In this document: one piece after another, positions 1 to 8,299 of the stretch | Position numbering within the stretch: the stretch's first letter is position 1 | Layout of the letters: each line of letters opens with the position of its first letter | From: Acidobacteria bacterium RIFCSPLOWO2_02_FULL_67_21 | GTDB lineage: Bacteria > Acidobacteriota > Vicinamibacteria > Vicinamibacterales > UBA2999 | Assembly: GCA_001767195.1 (NCBI GenBank) | Contig: MEKU01000019.1 | Coordinates: 64,088-128,087 of the forward strand | Reading direction: 5' to 3' | DNA: 64,000 nucleotides | Program-made: the position numbers and the translations under genes | Notes under the pieces: model-generated | The model's database searches: none | Seen by the model: the letters and a program-made list of their open reading frames with translations, nothing else | What the model was told of the DNA's origin: nothing

Positions 1-1540
1 TATCGAAACGGGAGTCCACACCTGTTCCTTCGGCTCTTTCGCCCTGCGGCTTGAGCCACGAGTCGAACGGCAGGATGTGCGTCTCGCGTCCCCAGACGTG
101 CATGGTTTCTTTCAGGATCTGTGCAGCGGAGCTCTTGCCCGTGCGGGCGAGGCCGCCGATCACCACCAGCCGTGCCTCGCGTGCGGCCGCCGCCACCGGC
201 GCCAGCCGGCGGCACATCGTCGGGTGCCCGTCCAGGATCCACGATGCCGCGGCGCCGAGATCGCTGGTCACATAGTCGGGACGGAAGGGAAACTTCCCGT
301 CGCTGCCGGCGTGGCCGGTCCGTACCAGGATCGTGCGAAGCCCTGCACGCCGGCCCGACTCGATGTCTGACGTCGTGTCGCCAATCATCCACGCCCCGGC
401 CCGGTCCACGAGCAGGTCCCGGCAGGCGGCGTCGATCGAGCCGGTGCCGGGCTTGCGGCAGTCGCACGCCACCTTCAGTTCCGGGATTTCGCCCGGAAAC
501 CCTCTGTCGGGATGGTGCGGGCACACGTACATCGCGTCCAGGTACGCCCCCTGGCGGCCGAGCAGCGACGACAGCCGCGCATGGACCCGCTGCAGGCCCT
601 CGCCGGTCAGCTCGCCGCGAGCCAGCGCAGACTGGTTCGTGATCACGACGGTCAGCCGGGCTGCCTGGTTCAGCCGCCGAATGGCCGCCGGGGCCCCGTC
701 GAGCAGCTCAATCTGGTCGGGGTGCTTGAGGTGGTTCACGTCGCGGTTGAGCGTGCCGTCGCGATCGAGAAAGACAGCGTGCCGGAGGGCGCGGCCCGAG
801 AGCCGCTCAGCGATGCCGTTCCGCACGTCACGTTCCACCCGATCCAGCCGCTCCGGCGTACCGAAGTCCTTGATGTACTCCGGGGAACGATAGGCGAGCA
901 GGCGGCGGCCGTCGGCCAGCAGCCCGGGGATGGTGTGCTTGGCAAGATCGGAAGGGCGGTCGGCCGGAATGCGCTCCTGCAGTCCGTCGTTCTGCAGCAC
1001 GAACAATCCGGCCGTCACCAGGTTCTCCAGGTCGGCTCCCTCAGGATGCGGACAGGGGTGGAGCGTCGTCACAAAACCGGCCGCATCCACCTCGACGAGA
1101 TCGGAGTCGAACGGGTGATCGTTGGGATGGACGAACAGCGTGGCATCCGCGCCGGCCTGGCGATGCGTGTCCCACATGCGCCGCAGGTCCACGTCGACGT
1201 ACGTGTCCCCGTACAGCACCAGGAACGTGCCGGCCAGGCTTGCCAGGCTATCGCGAAGAGCGCCGGCCGTGCCGCGCGGCGCCGCTTCGACGTGGCAGCC
1301 CAGCGTGACTCCAAAGCTCGTACCGTCGCCGAAATGCCGCTGGATGGCCTCGTGCCCGTGATGGAGGAGCAGCAGGACCCGGTCAAATCCGTGGCGGCGG
1401 CAGAGCGCAAGCTGGTGCTCGAGCGCCGGTCTCCCGGCGATCGGCGCCATCGGCTTGGGAAGGTCTCCAGTGCGCGCCTTGAGCCGCGTGCCCCGCCCTC
1501 CTGCCAGAATGACGAGATCGAATCGCTGGCCGGCCGTCAT
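1..1540 (-). CDS. Three-domain fusion, 3'-partial: sugar-1-phosphate nucleotidyltransferase (HddC/ManC-like) + D,D-heptose-1,7-bisphosphate phosphatase (GmhB, HAD) + P-loop kinase-like domain
   Basis: Absent from the ORF track because its stop lies left of the window. My minus-strand translation from ATG 1540 gives MTAGQRFDLVILAGGRGTRLKARTGDLPKPM (GGxGTRL signature). It continues with FLDRDGTLN..VITNQSALARG..CPHHP..CDCRKPGTG..IGDTTSDIESG (GmhB/HAD motifs with Zn Cys), then VVIGGLARTGKSSAAQIL (Walker A). There is an ATGA overlap with the stop of 1537..2505. Confidence 0.8.
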   Translation of the reverse strand, partial: MTAGQRFDLVILAGGRGTRLKARTGDLPKPMAPIAGRPALEHQLALCRRHGFDRVLLLLHHGHEAIQRHFGDGTSFGVTLGCHVEAAPRGTAGALRDSLASLAGTFLVLYGDTYVDVDLRRMWDTHRQAGADATLFVHPNDHPFDSDLVEVDAAGFVTTLHPCPHPEGADLENLVTAGLFVLQNDGLQERIPADRPSDLAKHTIPGLLADGRRLLAYRSPEYIKDFGTPERLDRVERDVRNGIAERLSGRALRHAVFLDRDGTLNRDVNHLKHPDQIELLDGAPAAIRRLNQAARLTVVITNQSALARGELTGEGLQRVHARLSSLLGRQGAYLDAMYVCPHHPDRGFPGEIPELKVACDCRKPGTGSIDAACRDLLVDRAGAWMIGDTTSDIESGRRAGLRTILVRTGHAGSDGKFPFRPDYVTSDLGAAASWILDGHPTMCRRLAPVAAAAREARLVVIGGLARTGKSSAAQILKETMHVWGRETHILPFDSWLKPQGERAEGTGVDSRFD

Positions 1541-2505
1541 CGCCGATCGAAGATCCAGCGGTTCCCGAGCAGCCAGCGGACGGTCTGGCGCACCGACTCC
1601 TCAATCGAGTGCTGGGGGGCCCAGCCGGTGCTCATCGCCTTGCGGACGTCGAGGAACACAACCGGGCTGTCACCGATCCAGCCGCGATTCCCGGTCCCGA
1701 ACTCCAGACGCGGGCTGACACCCATCTCGTCGCAGATCCAGGCGGCCGACTCTCGCACGAGACAGCACGCGGGAACCCCGAGATGAAACACTTCGAAGGT
1801 GCCTGGAGTGCCTGGAGTGCGTCGATCTTCGGCGATGTGCAGCATGGCGCGGACGCAGTCCTCGACATGGAGGTAGCTCTTGCGCTGCGTGCCGTCGCCA
1901 AGAATCCGCAGAACCGTCGGATCCGCGAGGAGCTGCTTGACGAAGTCGAAGACGTGTCCGTGCGGGTATCGCGGACCGAGCAGCGACACGAAGCGAAACG
2001 CGTAGCCTTCGAATCCGTATCCCTCGGCGTACGCGGCGATGAGGCCTTCGCCTGCCATTTTCGCTGCTCCGTACAGCGACGTCTGTCTGGGAATGGCGCA
2101 GTCCTCGGGGGTCGGGACGACGTCGGGCTCGCCGAGCGCCACAGACGAGGAGGCGAAGACCATGCGCATGACGCCGGCATCGCGCATCGCCTCAAGCACC
2201 TCGAAGGTCCCGATCGTATTCTGCTCGAGGTCCACCCGCGGCGCCGCGAACCCGCCGCGCACGTCCGCGTTCGCGGCCATGTGAAAGACGGCGTCGACGC
2301 CCTTCATGGCACCGCGAAGGGTCGAGGAATCGAGAATATCGCCGCGGACGAACCTGAGCCGGTCGGATCGACGGGCAGCGTCGAGGAAGCGCTCCTGGCC
2401 GGTCGACAGGTTGTCGTAGCCGATGACACTGTGCCCGCGCGCGAGGAGGGCATCCGTGAGATGGCTGCCGACGAACCCGGCCGCGCCGGTGACGAGATAT
2501 CTCAA
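1537..2505 (-). CDS. NAD-dependent epimerase/dehydratase (extended SDR, UDP-hexose 4-epimerase-like)
   Basis: 322-aa ORF with Rossmann motif LVTGAAGFVGSHL and catalytic YGAAK. TTG start. Confidence 0.85.
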   Translation of the reverse strand: MRYLVTGAAGFVGSHLTDALLARGHSVIGYDNLSTGQERFLDAARRSDRLRFVRGDILDSSTLRGAMKGVDAVFHMAANADVRGGFAAPRVDLEQNTIGTFEVLEAMRDAGVMRMVFASSSVALGEPDVVPTPEDCAIPRQTSLYGAAKMAGEGLIAAYAEGYGFEGYAFRFVSLLGPRYPHGHVFDFVKQLLADPTVLRILGDGTQRKSYLHVEDCVRAMLHIAEDRRTPGTPGTFEVFHLGVPACCLVRESAAWICDEMGVSPRLEFGTGNRGWIGDSPVVFLDVRKAMSTGWAPQHSIEESVRQTVRWLLGNRWIFDRR

Positions 2506-2526
2506 CAGGCGGTCGCGCGCCTCGCG

Positions 2527-2709
2527 TCAGGACGTGGCTGTCGGGCTGCGAAAGGAGAAGACCAGCGCGAGCGCCAGCAGGGCCAGGTTCGTCGCGGCGC
2601 GCGACCACCCCTCCGAGCTGGTCAGGAACCCACCCATGAAGTTGGTCGCCACCGCAACGAGGAACGCCACCGCGGAAAGCCCGGCAAGGACCTTGGCAAG
2701 ACTGGCCAT
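2527..2709 (-). CDS. Small two-TM membrane protein, unknown function
   Basis: 60-aa ORF with two hydrophobic helices, a CTGGAGGTGAC SD directly upstream of the ATG, and GC-rich third positions. Confidence 0.55.
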   Translation of the reverse strand: MASLAKVLAGLSAVAFLVAVATNFMGGFLTSSEGWSRAATNLALLALALVFSFRSPTATS

Positions 2710-2957
2710 GTCACCTCCAGCGTGATTTGAGCGTGGCCATTATGACGTTCACGTGGCGTGAAGTCTACGAGCAGGAGGGCGACGCAGATGGTTCAGTAGA
2801 ACAAGGCGGACGTCGGTTATGGGACCGGTTCTCGCGTGGGGAAAGGTCAGGCGAACTGCCAGGCGGGGATGGTGCGAATCACTTCTCCGCGCTTGGCAGT
2901 TCACAGCGTCGCAGATTCACGGGTGGGCGGTCTGGCCGGACGCCAGTCCGCATCGAG

Positions 2958-3221
2958 CTAGGGATTATTCTGCGCGTCGCAGACGCCCCAGTTCTCGCCG
3001 TGGTTCGTCGGCGCTTCCCACGTCGGATCATCCCCGTGGGCTTGATGCGCGGCGAGAGCAGCCAATCCGACTTCGAGGTATACGTAGGTGCCGTTGCCCA
3101 GCTGGTGGCACGCGCCGCCCTTGTCGCGCCCGCCGGGGTTGCCCTGCGCGATGACGACCGGTGCAATCAACAGCGCCGCACAGGCAAGCGTTGCGGCAAC
3201 TACGAGTCTTGTACGCAGCAT
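2958..3221 (-). CDS. Small secreted protein (87 aa, signal peptide, 2 Cys), unknown function
   Basis: Internal ATG (M55 of track ORF 2958..3383) is preceded by an AAGGGGGG SD. MLRTRLVVAATLACAALLIAPVVIAQG looks like a Sec signal peptide. Confidence 0.5.
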   Translation of the reverse strand: MLRTRLVVAATLACAALLIAPVVIAQGNPGGRDKGGACHQLGNGTYVYLEVGLAALAAHQAHGDDPTWEAPTNHGENWGVCDAQNNP

Positions 3222-3379
3222 GTCGTGAACCCCCCTTAGCAGGCCTGACCTGCCCTCACCTGAAGTATATTCAATCGCAATTGCGTGCAAAGAAAAAAAT
3301 CGTCCTGGCGCAACAGAATTTGTGCGAGAACGCGAAAAAATTACAGATCTGAAACGCGCTGTGCCGCTGGAAGCCCCGG
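3222..3379 (-). promoter_or_regulatory. AT-rich intergenic zone; candidate promoter for 2958..3221 and possible end of the upstream operon
   Basis: Only strongly AT-rich stretch in the first 10 kb. Minus strand carries TTGCAC (3285-3290), a 15-nt spacer and TATACT (3264-3269), about 43 nt upstream of the ATG. A perfect 10-bp palindrome CGCAATTGCG lies at 3276-3285, with A7/T6-7 runs nearby. Confidence 0.3.
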
Positions 3380-4063
3380 TCACATTTTTCGTGCCATGAA
3401 CAGCAGTCGTTTGGGTGGGTCAGGCCAGTCCGGCGCGGACGTAAACGGCAGAAAATCGTAAGGCACACTCCGGCTGCCCTCTCGCCACCGCAGCCCCATC
3501 ACCCCCCACTCCGCCAGGTCCGGCAGGCTGCTCAGCCGAGCGGACACCGCCTGCTGGGACAGCGGCGCGTACTGCTGTTGGAACTTCGTCATGGTCCGCT
3601 GAACAAAGCTGCTGTCCGCATTGGGCGCATATCCGATCAGACGTCCGCCAGGCGCAACGACGGACCACAGGACGTCGAACATGGCGGAGGGACTGACGTA
3701 CTGCAGTACCTCGATCGCGAGCACGCGGTCAAAGGTACCCAGCGCCCGAATGCGTTCAGCATCATTCAGGCTTCCTGCCTGCCATCGGATATCGGGATCC
3801 GACCGGCGCAGTCCCGCGATCGTGTCTTCCACGAAGTCAACGGCCACAACCTCCCTTGCGCCCGCGGCGCGCAACAGCCGGGCAAAGCCGCCCGTCCCGC
3901 AGCCCGCGTCGAGGCATCGCATGCCGGCGACGGAACCGGCAGCCAGGAGACACGCGGCGAACGCGAAGGCCTGCTCCTCGGCGGATGCGTAGTCCAGATG
4001 GCTCTCCGCCCGGCGATGGAGGTCGCGGTACACACGCAGCCAGTACGATTCTCGGTCGGTCAC
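3380..4063 (-). CDS. Class I SAM-dependent methyltransferase
   Basis: Motif I is LDAGCGTGGF. GTG 4063 overlaps the TGA of the upstream gene (GTGA). The longer track ORF (to 4270) would overlap 4060..5157 by 210 nt. Confidence 0.8.
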   Translation of the reverse strand: MTDRESYWLRVYRDLHRRAESHLDYASAEEQAFAFAACLLAAGSVAGMRCLDAGCGTGGFARLLRAAGAREVVAVDFVEDTIAGLRRSDPDIRWQAGSLNDAERIRALGTFDRVLAIEVLQYVSPSAMFDVLWSVVAPGGRLIGYAPNADSSFVQRTMTKFQQQYAPLSQQAVSARLSSLPDLAEWGVMGLRWREGSRSVPYDFLPFTSAPDWPDPPKRLLFMARKM

Positions 4064-5157
4064 AGGGTGCTCCGCGTGGCAGCGCGTGCTCGCCGCGGAA
4101 CCATTCGGCCCCTGACAAAGGCCGGCGCCAGCCGGTAGCGGAGGAACAACCGCGACCCGCGGACGATGTTGGAGTCCTGTTCCGCGGCGCGAACGAGAGC
4201 GGCGAGACTCGCCTGGTCGTGCACCAGAAAGCCGACCCTGAACGGCCGCGTCTGTCCACCGAAGCTGCACTTGAATTGGAAGAGGGCGTCGCCGGGCGTA
4301 TCGCTCAGGCCACCGCCCAGGCCCAGGCGCTGCGATCCGGCCGCAGCGGCGCGTTTCGCGATCTCGTCGATGATCGCGTTGTTCGCGCCGCGCCGCGCCG
4401 CCGGGTCGCGCACGCTCGCCGACAGCAGATAGTACGAGGTGGTGTCATGCATCAGGACGACCGCCGCCGACACGAGCTCGCCTCCCCGCAGGGCGCCGAC
4501 GAGCACGAACCGCGCGTCGTTGCGCAACCGCTCGGCCAGATCATCCGCCAGCCGCCATTCGGGCGTTGCCCCTGTCGCATCCATGGTCAGTTCGTGCAGT
4601 CGCCGGAACCGCTGCCAGGTGCCGGGATCCTTCTCGAGGGGCGCAACGTGGCACGAGCGGCGTCCCGTGCGGACCATGTTCCGGGTCTCCCGCGGATAGC
4701 TCGAGAAGCGGATCGCGTCGCTCTCGTGAACGTCGATGTAGGCCACGCGCCTCGCCGTATGCAGCCGCAGCTCACGCGACGCGTCTGCAACCGGGAGGTC
4801 GTTCTCCAGAAGCGGATTGAAGCGGATCAGCTCGGCGACGATGCCCTGCTCGCGGCAGTAGCGGCCGTAGCCGCGCAGCGCTTCGACGAGAAACTCGCGT
4901 GGCGCATGGGGCGTCGACAGCGGCCCTGCGTAGCCAACCAGCGGCTCGATATCGAAGAGCCCCGTCTCCGCGATTGCAGAGGCAGCAAACGCATGCCGGA
5001 GAGCGTGGCCGCCCTCCTCGATGATGACCGACGTCCACGATGAGCCGTACAGCGCCGTGAGCACCGCCGCGTCAAAGAACGGATCGGGTTCGGGCGCTGG
5101 AAACCACTGCCGCAGCGTGGATGGATGGGCGCCATGTTCGACGTGGATGCGCGGCAT
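4060..5157 (-). CDS. FemAB-family / GNAT-fold acyl(aminoacyl)transferase
   Basis: 365 aa. The C-terminal half (GELVSAAVVLMHDTTSYYLLSASVRDPAARRGANNAIIDEIAKRA..GLGGG..FQFKCSFGG) matches the FemAB/BioF2-like acetyltransferase pattern seen in EPS loci. Confidence 0.7.
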   Translation of the reverse strand: MPRIHVEHGAHPSTLRQWFPAPEPDPFFDAAVLTALYGSSWTSVIIEEGGHALRHAFAASAIAETGLFDIEPLVGYAGPLSTPHAPREFLVEALRGYGRYCREQGIVAELIRFNPLLENDLPVADASRELRLHTARRVAYIDVHESDAIRFSSYPRETRNMVRTGRRSCHVAPLEKDPGTWQRFRRLHELTMDATGATPEWRLADDLAERLRNDARFVLVGALRGGELVSAAVVLMHDTTSYYLLSASVRDPAARRGANNAIIDEIAKRAAAAGSQRLGLGGGLSDTPGDALFQFKCSFGGQTRPFRVGFLVHDQASLAALVRAAEQDSNIVRGSRLFLRYRLAPAFVRGRMVPRRARAATRSTL

Positions 5158-5180
5158 GCCGGATCAGACGTCGAAGGCGG

Positions 5181-6284
5181 TCACCATCCGCATCGAACGG
5201 CCGTCATGACCTGGTCCACTTGCTCGTCTGACAGGCCGGAATGCAGCGGCAGCGAGATCTGACGCTCGTCGAACTGCTGCTGGCCGGCAAGCTCGGCACG
5301 GACGCCCCCGCAGACGCGGAATCGATCGATCCGGCGGTGCACGACCGACGTCGGGACGCCGTGCGACTGGAGCGCGCGCACGAACGCGTCACGTCGTTCC
5401 ACCAGGATCGTGCACAGCCAGTCGGCGCTCTGACGGTCGTCCGCGCGGCGGAGCAGCGTGACCCCGGACACGCGGGCGAGTGCGGTCCGGTAGGCCGCGA
5501 CGATCGTGCGACGTCGCGCCAGCCGATCGCGAAAGCCGGAGAGATTCCCCAGACCGACGGCCGCGGCGAGGTCGTTCATGTGGTACTTGTATCCCACGGC
5601 GTCGATGTCGAACTCGCGCTCGCCCAGCTCGGACGGGAGCGCGTGCTCGCGGTCGATGCCGAACCAGCGTCGGCGACGCGCCTCGAGCGCATCGTCCGGA
5701 TGTACGCAGCACAGCGCTCCACCGTCGCCGCACGTGACGTGTTTGATCGCCTGGAACGAGAAGCAGGTGAATCGCGACACGCTGCCGATCGCGCGGCCGC
5801 GGTAGGATGCGCCGAGCGCGTGCGCCGCGTCTTCGATGACGGGAATGCCGCGGAGCGCCGCGCATGCTCCAATCTCGTCGAGATCGCAGGGGTATCCTGC
5901 CCAGTGCACGGCGATGATGGCTTTCGTCGGCGGCGTCAGCGCGCGTGTTAGGGACTCGACGGCCAGATTGCCGGTGAGCGGGTCGATGTCCGCGAAGACC
6001 GGAACCGCCCGCTGCATCAGAATCGCCTGCGCCGTCGCCACGAAGGTCTGCGGCGCGAGCACGACCTCGTCACCGGGGCCGACACCCGCCAGCACCAGCG
6101 CTAGGTGCAGCGCCGATGTACCGCTGTTGAGCGCGACCGGGTGACTGAGCCGCAGCTCGCGGGCCAGCGCGTCTTCGAACGCCACTACGCGAGGACCGGT
6201 GCTCAACTGTCCGGAACGGATCACCGCGGACGCCAGATCGAGCGCGGCGGGCGTGACAACGGTTTCGAACATCGAGATGCTCAT
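5181..6284 (-). CDS. DegT/DnrJ/EryC1/StrS-family PLP-dependent sugar aminotransferase
   Basis: 367 aa with NSGTSALHLAL, IEDAAHALGA and the PLP-lysine context FSFQAIKHVT. Confidence 0.9.
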   Translation of the reverse strand: MSISMFETVVTPAALDLASAVIRSGQLSTGPRVVAFEDALARELRLSHPVALNSGTSALHLALVLAGVGPGDEVVLAPQTFVATAQAILMQRAVPVFADIDPLTGNLAVESLTRALTPPTKAIIAVHWAGYPCDLDEIGACAALRGIPVIEDAAHALGASYRGRAIGSVSRFTCFSFQAIKHVTCGDGGALCCVHPDDALEARRRRWFGIDREHALPSELGEREFDIDAVGYKYHMNDLAAAVGLGNLSGFRDRLARRRTIVAAYRTALARVSGVTLLRRADDRQSADWLCTILVERRDAFVRALQSHGVPTSVVHRRIDRFRVCGGVRAELAGQQQFDERQISLPLHSGLSDEQVDQVMTAVRCGW

Positions 6285-7264
6285 GCGGGCCGGCGTCCGG
6301 CGGCTCTGACACGTGTGTCGGCTCGTGCCGCCGACGGTCTCAGCAGCAGGCGATCGACGGCCAGTCTGTACGCGCGAAGCGGCCAGGCGAGACGGGGATG
6401 CGCGGCGGCCAGGTACGCGCAGCCGGCGACGTGGCGGCGAAACGATCGTCGTGGCCGGACAAGGCCCCTTGGCGTGAGCAGCCAGTTCGCGTTGTCCCTG
6501 GTCATCAGGCCACCGGCGCCCGCCAGCCGCCGGTTATAGGCGGCCTCCACATCGCTGCCACGGTTCGCCTGGTCGCCATAGCCGTGATCCTGGTGAATCG
6601 TCATGACCGCGGCGGTCGCGTCGACGAGCGCTGCACCGGTCGCCAGCGTCCGGAAGAACATCCACCCGTCCAGAGCGCCGCGGCCTTCGATGAACGGAGG
6701 AAAGTCGCGCCAGAAGTGCCGCCGAAACAGGAAGACGTCTCCGGCCCCGAGGTCATCCAGCAGCGGTCCGAATGCAGCGCGCCGCAGGCGCGCGTCCCAC
6801 GCCGGATCGGTGAAGTCGATCGGCCGGGAGTCGGTGACATGATAGCGGCCCACCACCATGCAGAATGGTTCGAACCGGTCGGCCACCTGTCGTGCCGCAT
6901 GCATCAGGTCGTCGAAGAGGACGGTGTCCGCAGCCACCCAGAGCAGCAGCGGGTGGGCGGCGCGCTGCTCGGCGAGTGCCAGCATCGAGTCGGCGAACGG
7001 CGCTCCGGACTCGCCGACACGAACCCCCGGGATATGGCCGACGCCCAGCTCGGCGCACACGTCGGCGGTGCCGGGCTCGTTGCCGATCAGCAGGACTTGC
7101 GGCGCGGGCCGCAGCCTGGTCCAGCTGCCGATGGCGTTTCGCTGGATGACGTCGAACTCGCCGACAAATGCGCGCGGCGCCGCAATGATTGTCAGCACGG
7201 CGATGCCGTTGCGCCTCCGCTCCGGTAGGTAGTATTGTCGAAACCGTGAGCTTCGACTGGACAC
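6281..7264 (-). CDS. Hypothetical protein (possibly a GT-A-like transferase); start uncertain
   Basis: 327-aa ORF with ordinary composition, unlike the R/P-rich antisense ORF 6398..7228. ATGA overlap with the downstream aminotransferase. I recognise no motif. An alternative GTG start lies at 7198. Confidence 0.55.
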   Translation of the reverse strand: MSSRSSRFRQYYLPERRRNGIAVLTIIAAPRAFVGEFDVIQRNAIGSWTRLRPAPQVLLIGNEPGTADVCAELGVGHIPGVRVGESGAPFADSMLALAEQRAAHPLLLWVAADTVLFDDLMHAARQVADRFEPFCMVVGRYHVTDSRPIDFTDPAWDARLRRAAFGPLLDDLGAGDVFLFRRHFWRDFPPFIEGRGALDGWMFFRTLATGAALVDATAAVMTIHQDHGYGDQANRGSDVEAAYNRRLAGAGGLMTRDNANWLLTPRGLVRPRRSFRRHVAGCAYLAAAHPRLAWPLRAYRLAVDRLLLRPSAARADTRVRAAGRRPA

Positions 7265-8286
7265 ACAGGCCGGTTCTCGTGACGGGGGGCGCGTCGTTCA
7301 TCGGCTCCCACCTGACCGACGCGCTGGTCTCGCTGGGCGCGCGAGTGCGCGTCGTCGACAATCTGAGCAGCGGCACGCGATCCAACCTCCAGCCGCATCT
7401 CGAGCGGGGAGCCATCGAATTCCTCGAAGGCGACCTGCTCGATTCGGCAGTCGTGGAGCGCGCCGTGCGGCCGATGTCGGTCGTGTTCCACCTCGCGGGG
7501 GATCACGGAGGACGCGGCTACGTCGATCTGCACCAGGCCGCGTGCGCGACGAACCTGGCCCTCGACGGGCTCGTGTTCCTCGCCTGCCGACGCGCCGGCG
7601 TCGAGAAGGTCGTCTTTGCCTCGTCCGGCTGCGTGTATCCGAAGTTCCTGCAGAACGATCCCACGAAGGCGCTTTATCTGACCGAGGACATGGTAGGGCC
7701 TCCGTACGACCCTGACAACATGTACGGCTGGGCCAAACTGACGGCGGAGCTGACACTGGCCGCGTACTACCGGGATTTCGGCATGAAATCGGTCTCGTGC
7801 CGCTATTTCACGGTCTACGGGGAGCGCGGACACGAAAATCATGCGGTGGTCGCGATGATCGCGCGCGCCTTCGTCAGGCAGAACCCGTTCGAGGTGTGGG
7901 GCAATGGCGAGCAGGTCCGCAACTGGACGTACGTGAGCGACATCGTGGCGGGCACCATTCGTGCCGCCGAAGCGATCGAGGATGGCAGCGCGGTGAATCT
8001 CGGCACCATGGAACGCATCCGCGTGATCGACGCCGTCGCGGAAGTGCTCCGATACACCGGTCACTCGGCGGAGATCGCCTTCCGCCGCGACATGCCGGTC
8101 GGCCCGCAGAACCGGGTGGCCGACAACGGAAAGGCCCGCCGGCTCCTCGGCTGGGAGCCCGCCGTCAGGTTCGTCGACGGGCTGCACAAGACTATTGACT
8201 GGTACTTCTCCAGCCGGCGCCGCGACGAGGTGGCGAGAACGCTGTCCACGGCTCTGACCGAGCGCTCGGCGCCCGACGTGATCTGA
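7246..8286 (+). CDS. NAD-dependent epimerase/dehydratase (extended SDR)
   Basis: VLVTGGASFIGSHL and YGWAK. It is the only plus-strand gene inside the glycan locus. GTG 7246 is preferred over TTG 7189 because it leaves a short N-terminus before the Rossmann motif. Confidence 0.85.
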   Translation: MSFDWTHRPVLVTGGASFIGSHLTDALVSLGARVRVVDNLSSGTRSNLQPHLERGAIEFLEGDLLDSAVVERAVRPMSVVFHLAGDHGGRGYVDLHQAACATNLALDGLVFLACRRAGVEKVVFASSGCVYPKFLQNDPTKALYLTEDMVGPPYDPDNMYGWAKLTAELTLAAYYRDFGMKSVSCRYFTVYGERGHENHAVVAMIARAFVRQNPFEVWGNGEQVRNWTYVSDIVAGTIRAAEAIEDGSAVNLGTMERIRVIDAVAEVLRYTGHSAEIAFRRDMPVGPQNRVADNGKARRLLGWEPAVRFVDGLHKTIDWYFSSRRRDEVARTLSTALTERSAPDVI

Positions 8287-8299
8287 GCGGCTTCGACAC

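Noticed and set aside
512-1786. 424-aa plus-strand ORF across the first gene
   Set aside because: It is Arg/Gly/Pro/Val-rich with no motifs. It lies antisense to a minus-strand frame carrying clear nucleotidyltransferase and GmhB motifs. This is a typical high-GC shadow ORF.
6867-6876. GGTTCGAACC, a tRNA T-arm-like palindrome
   Set aside because: It lies inside CDS 6281..7264 with no surrounding acceptor or anticodon stems. No tRNA structure can be drawn.
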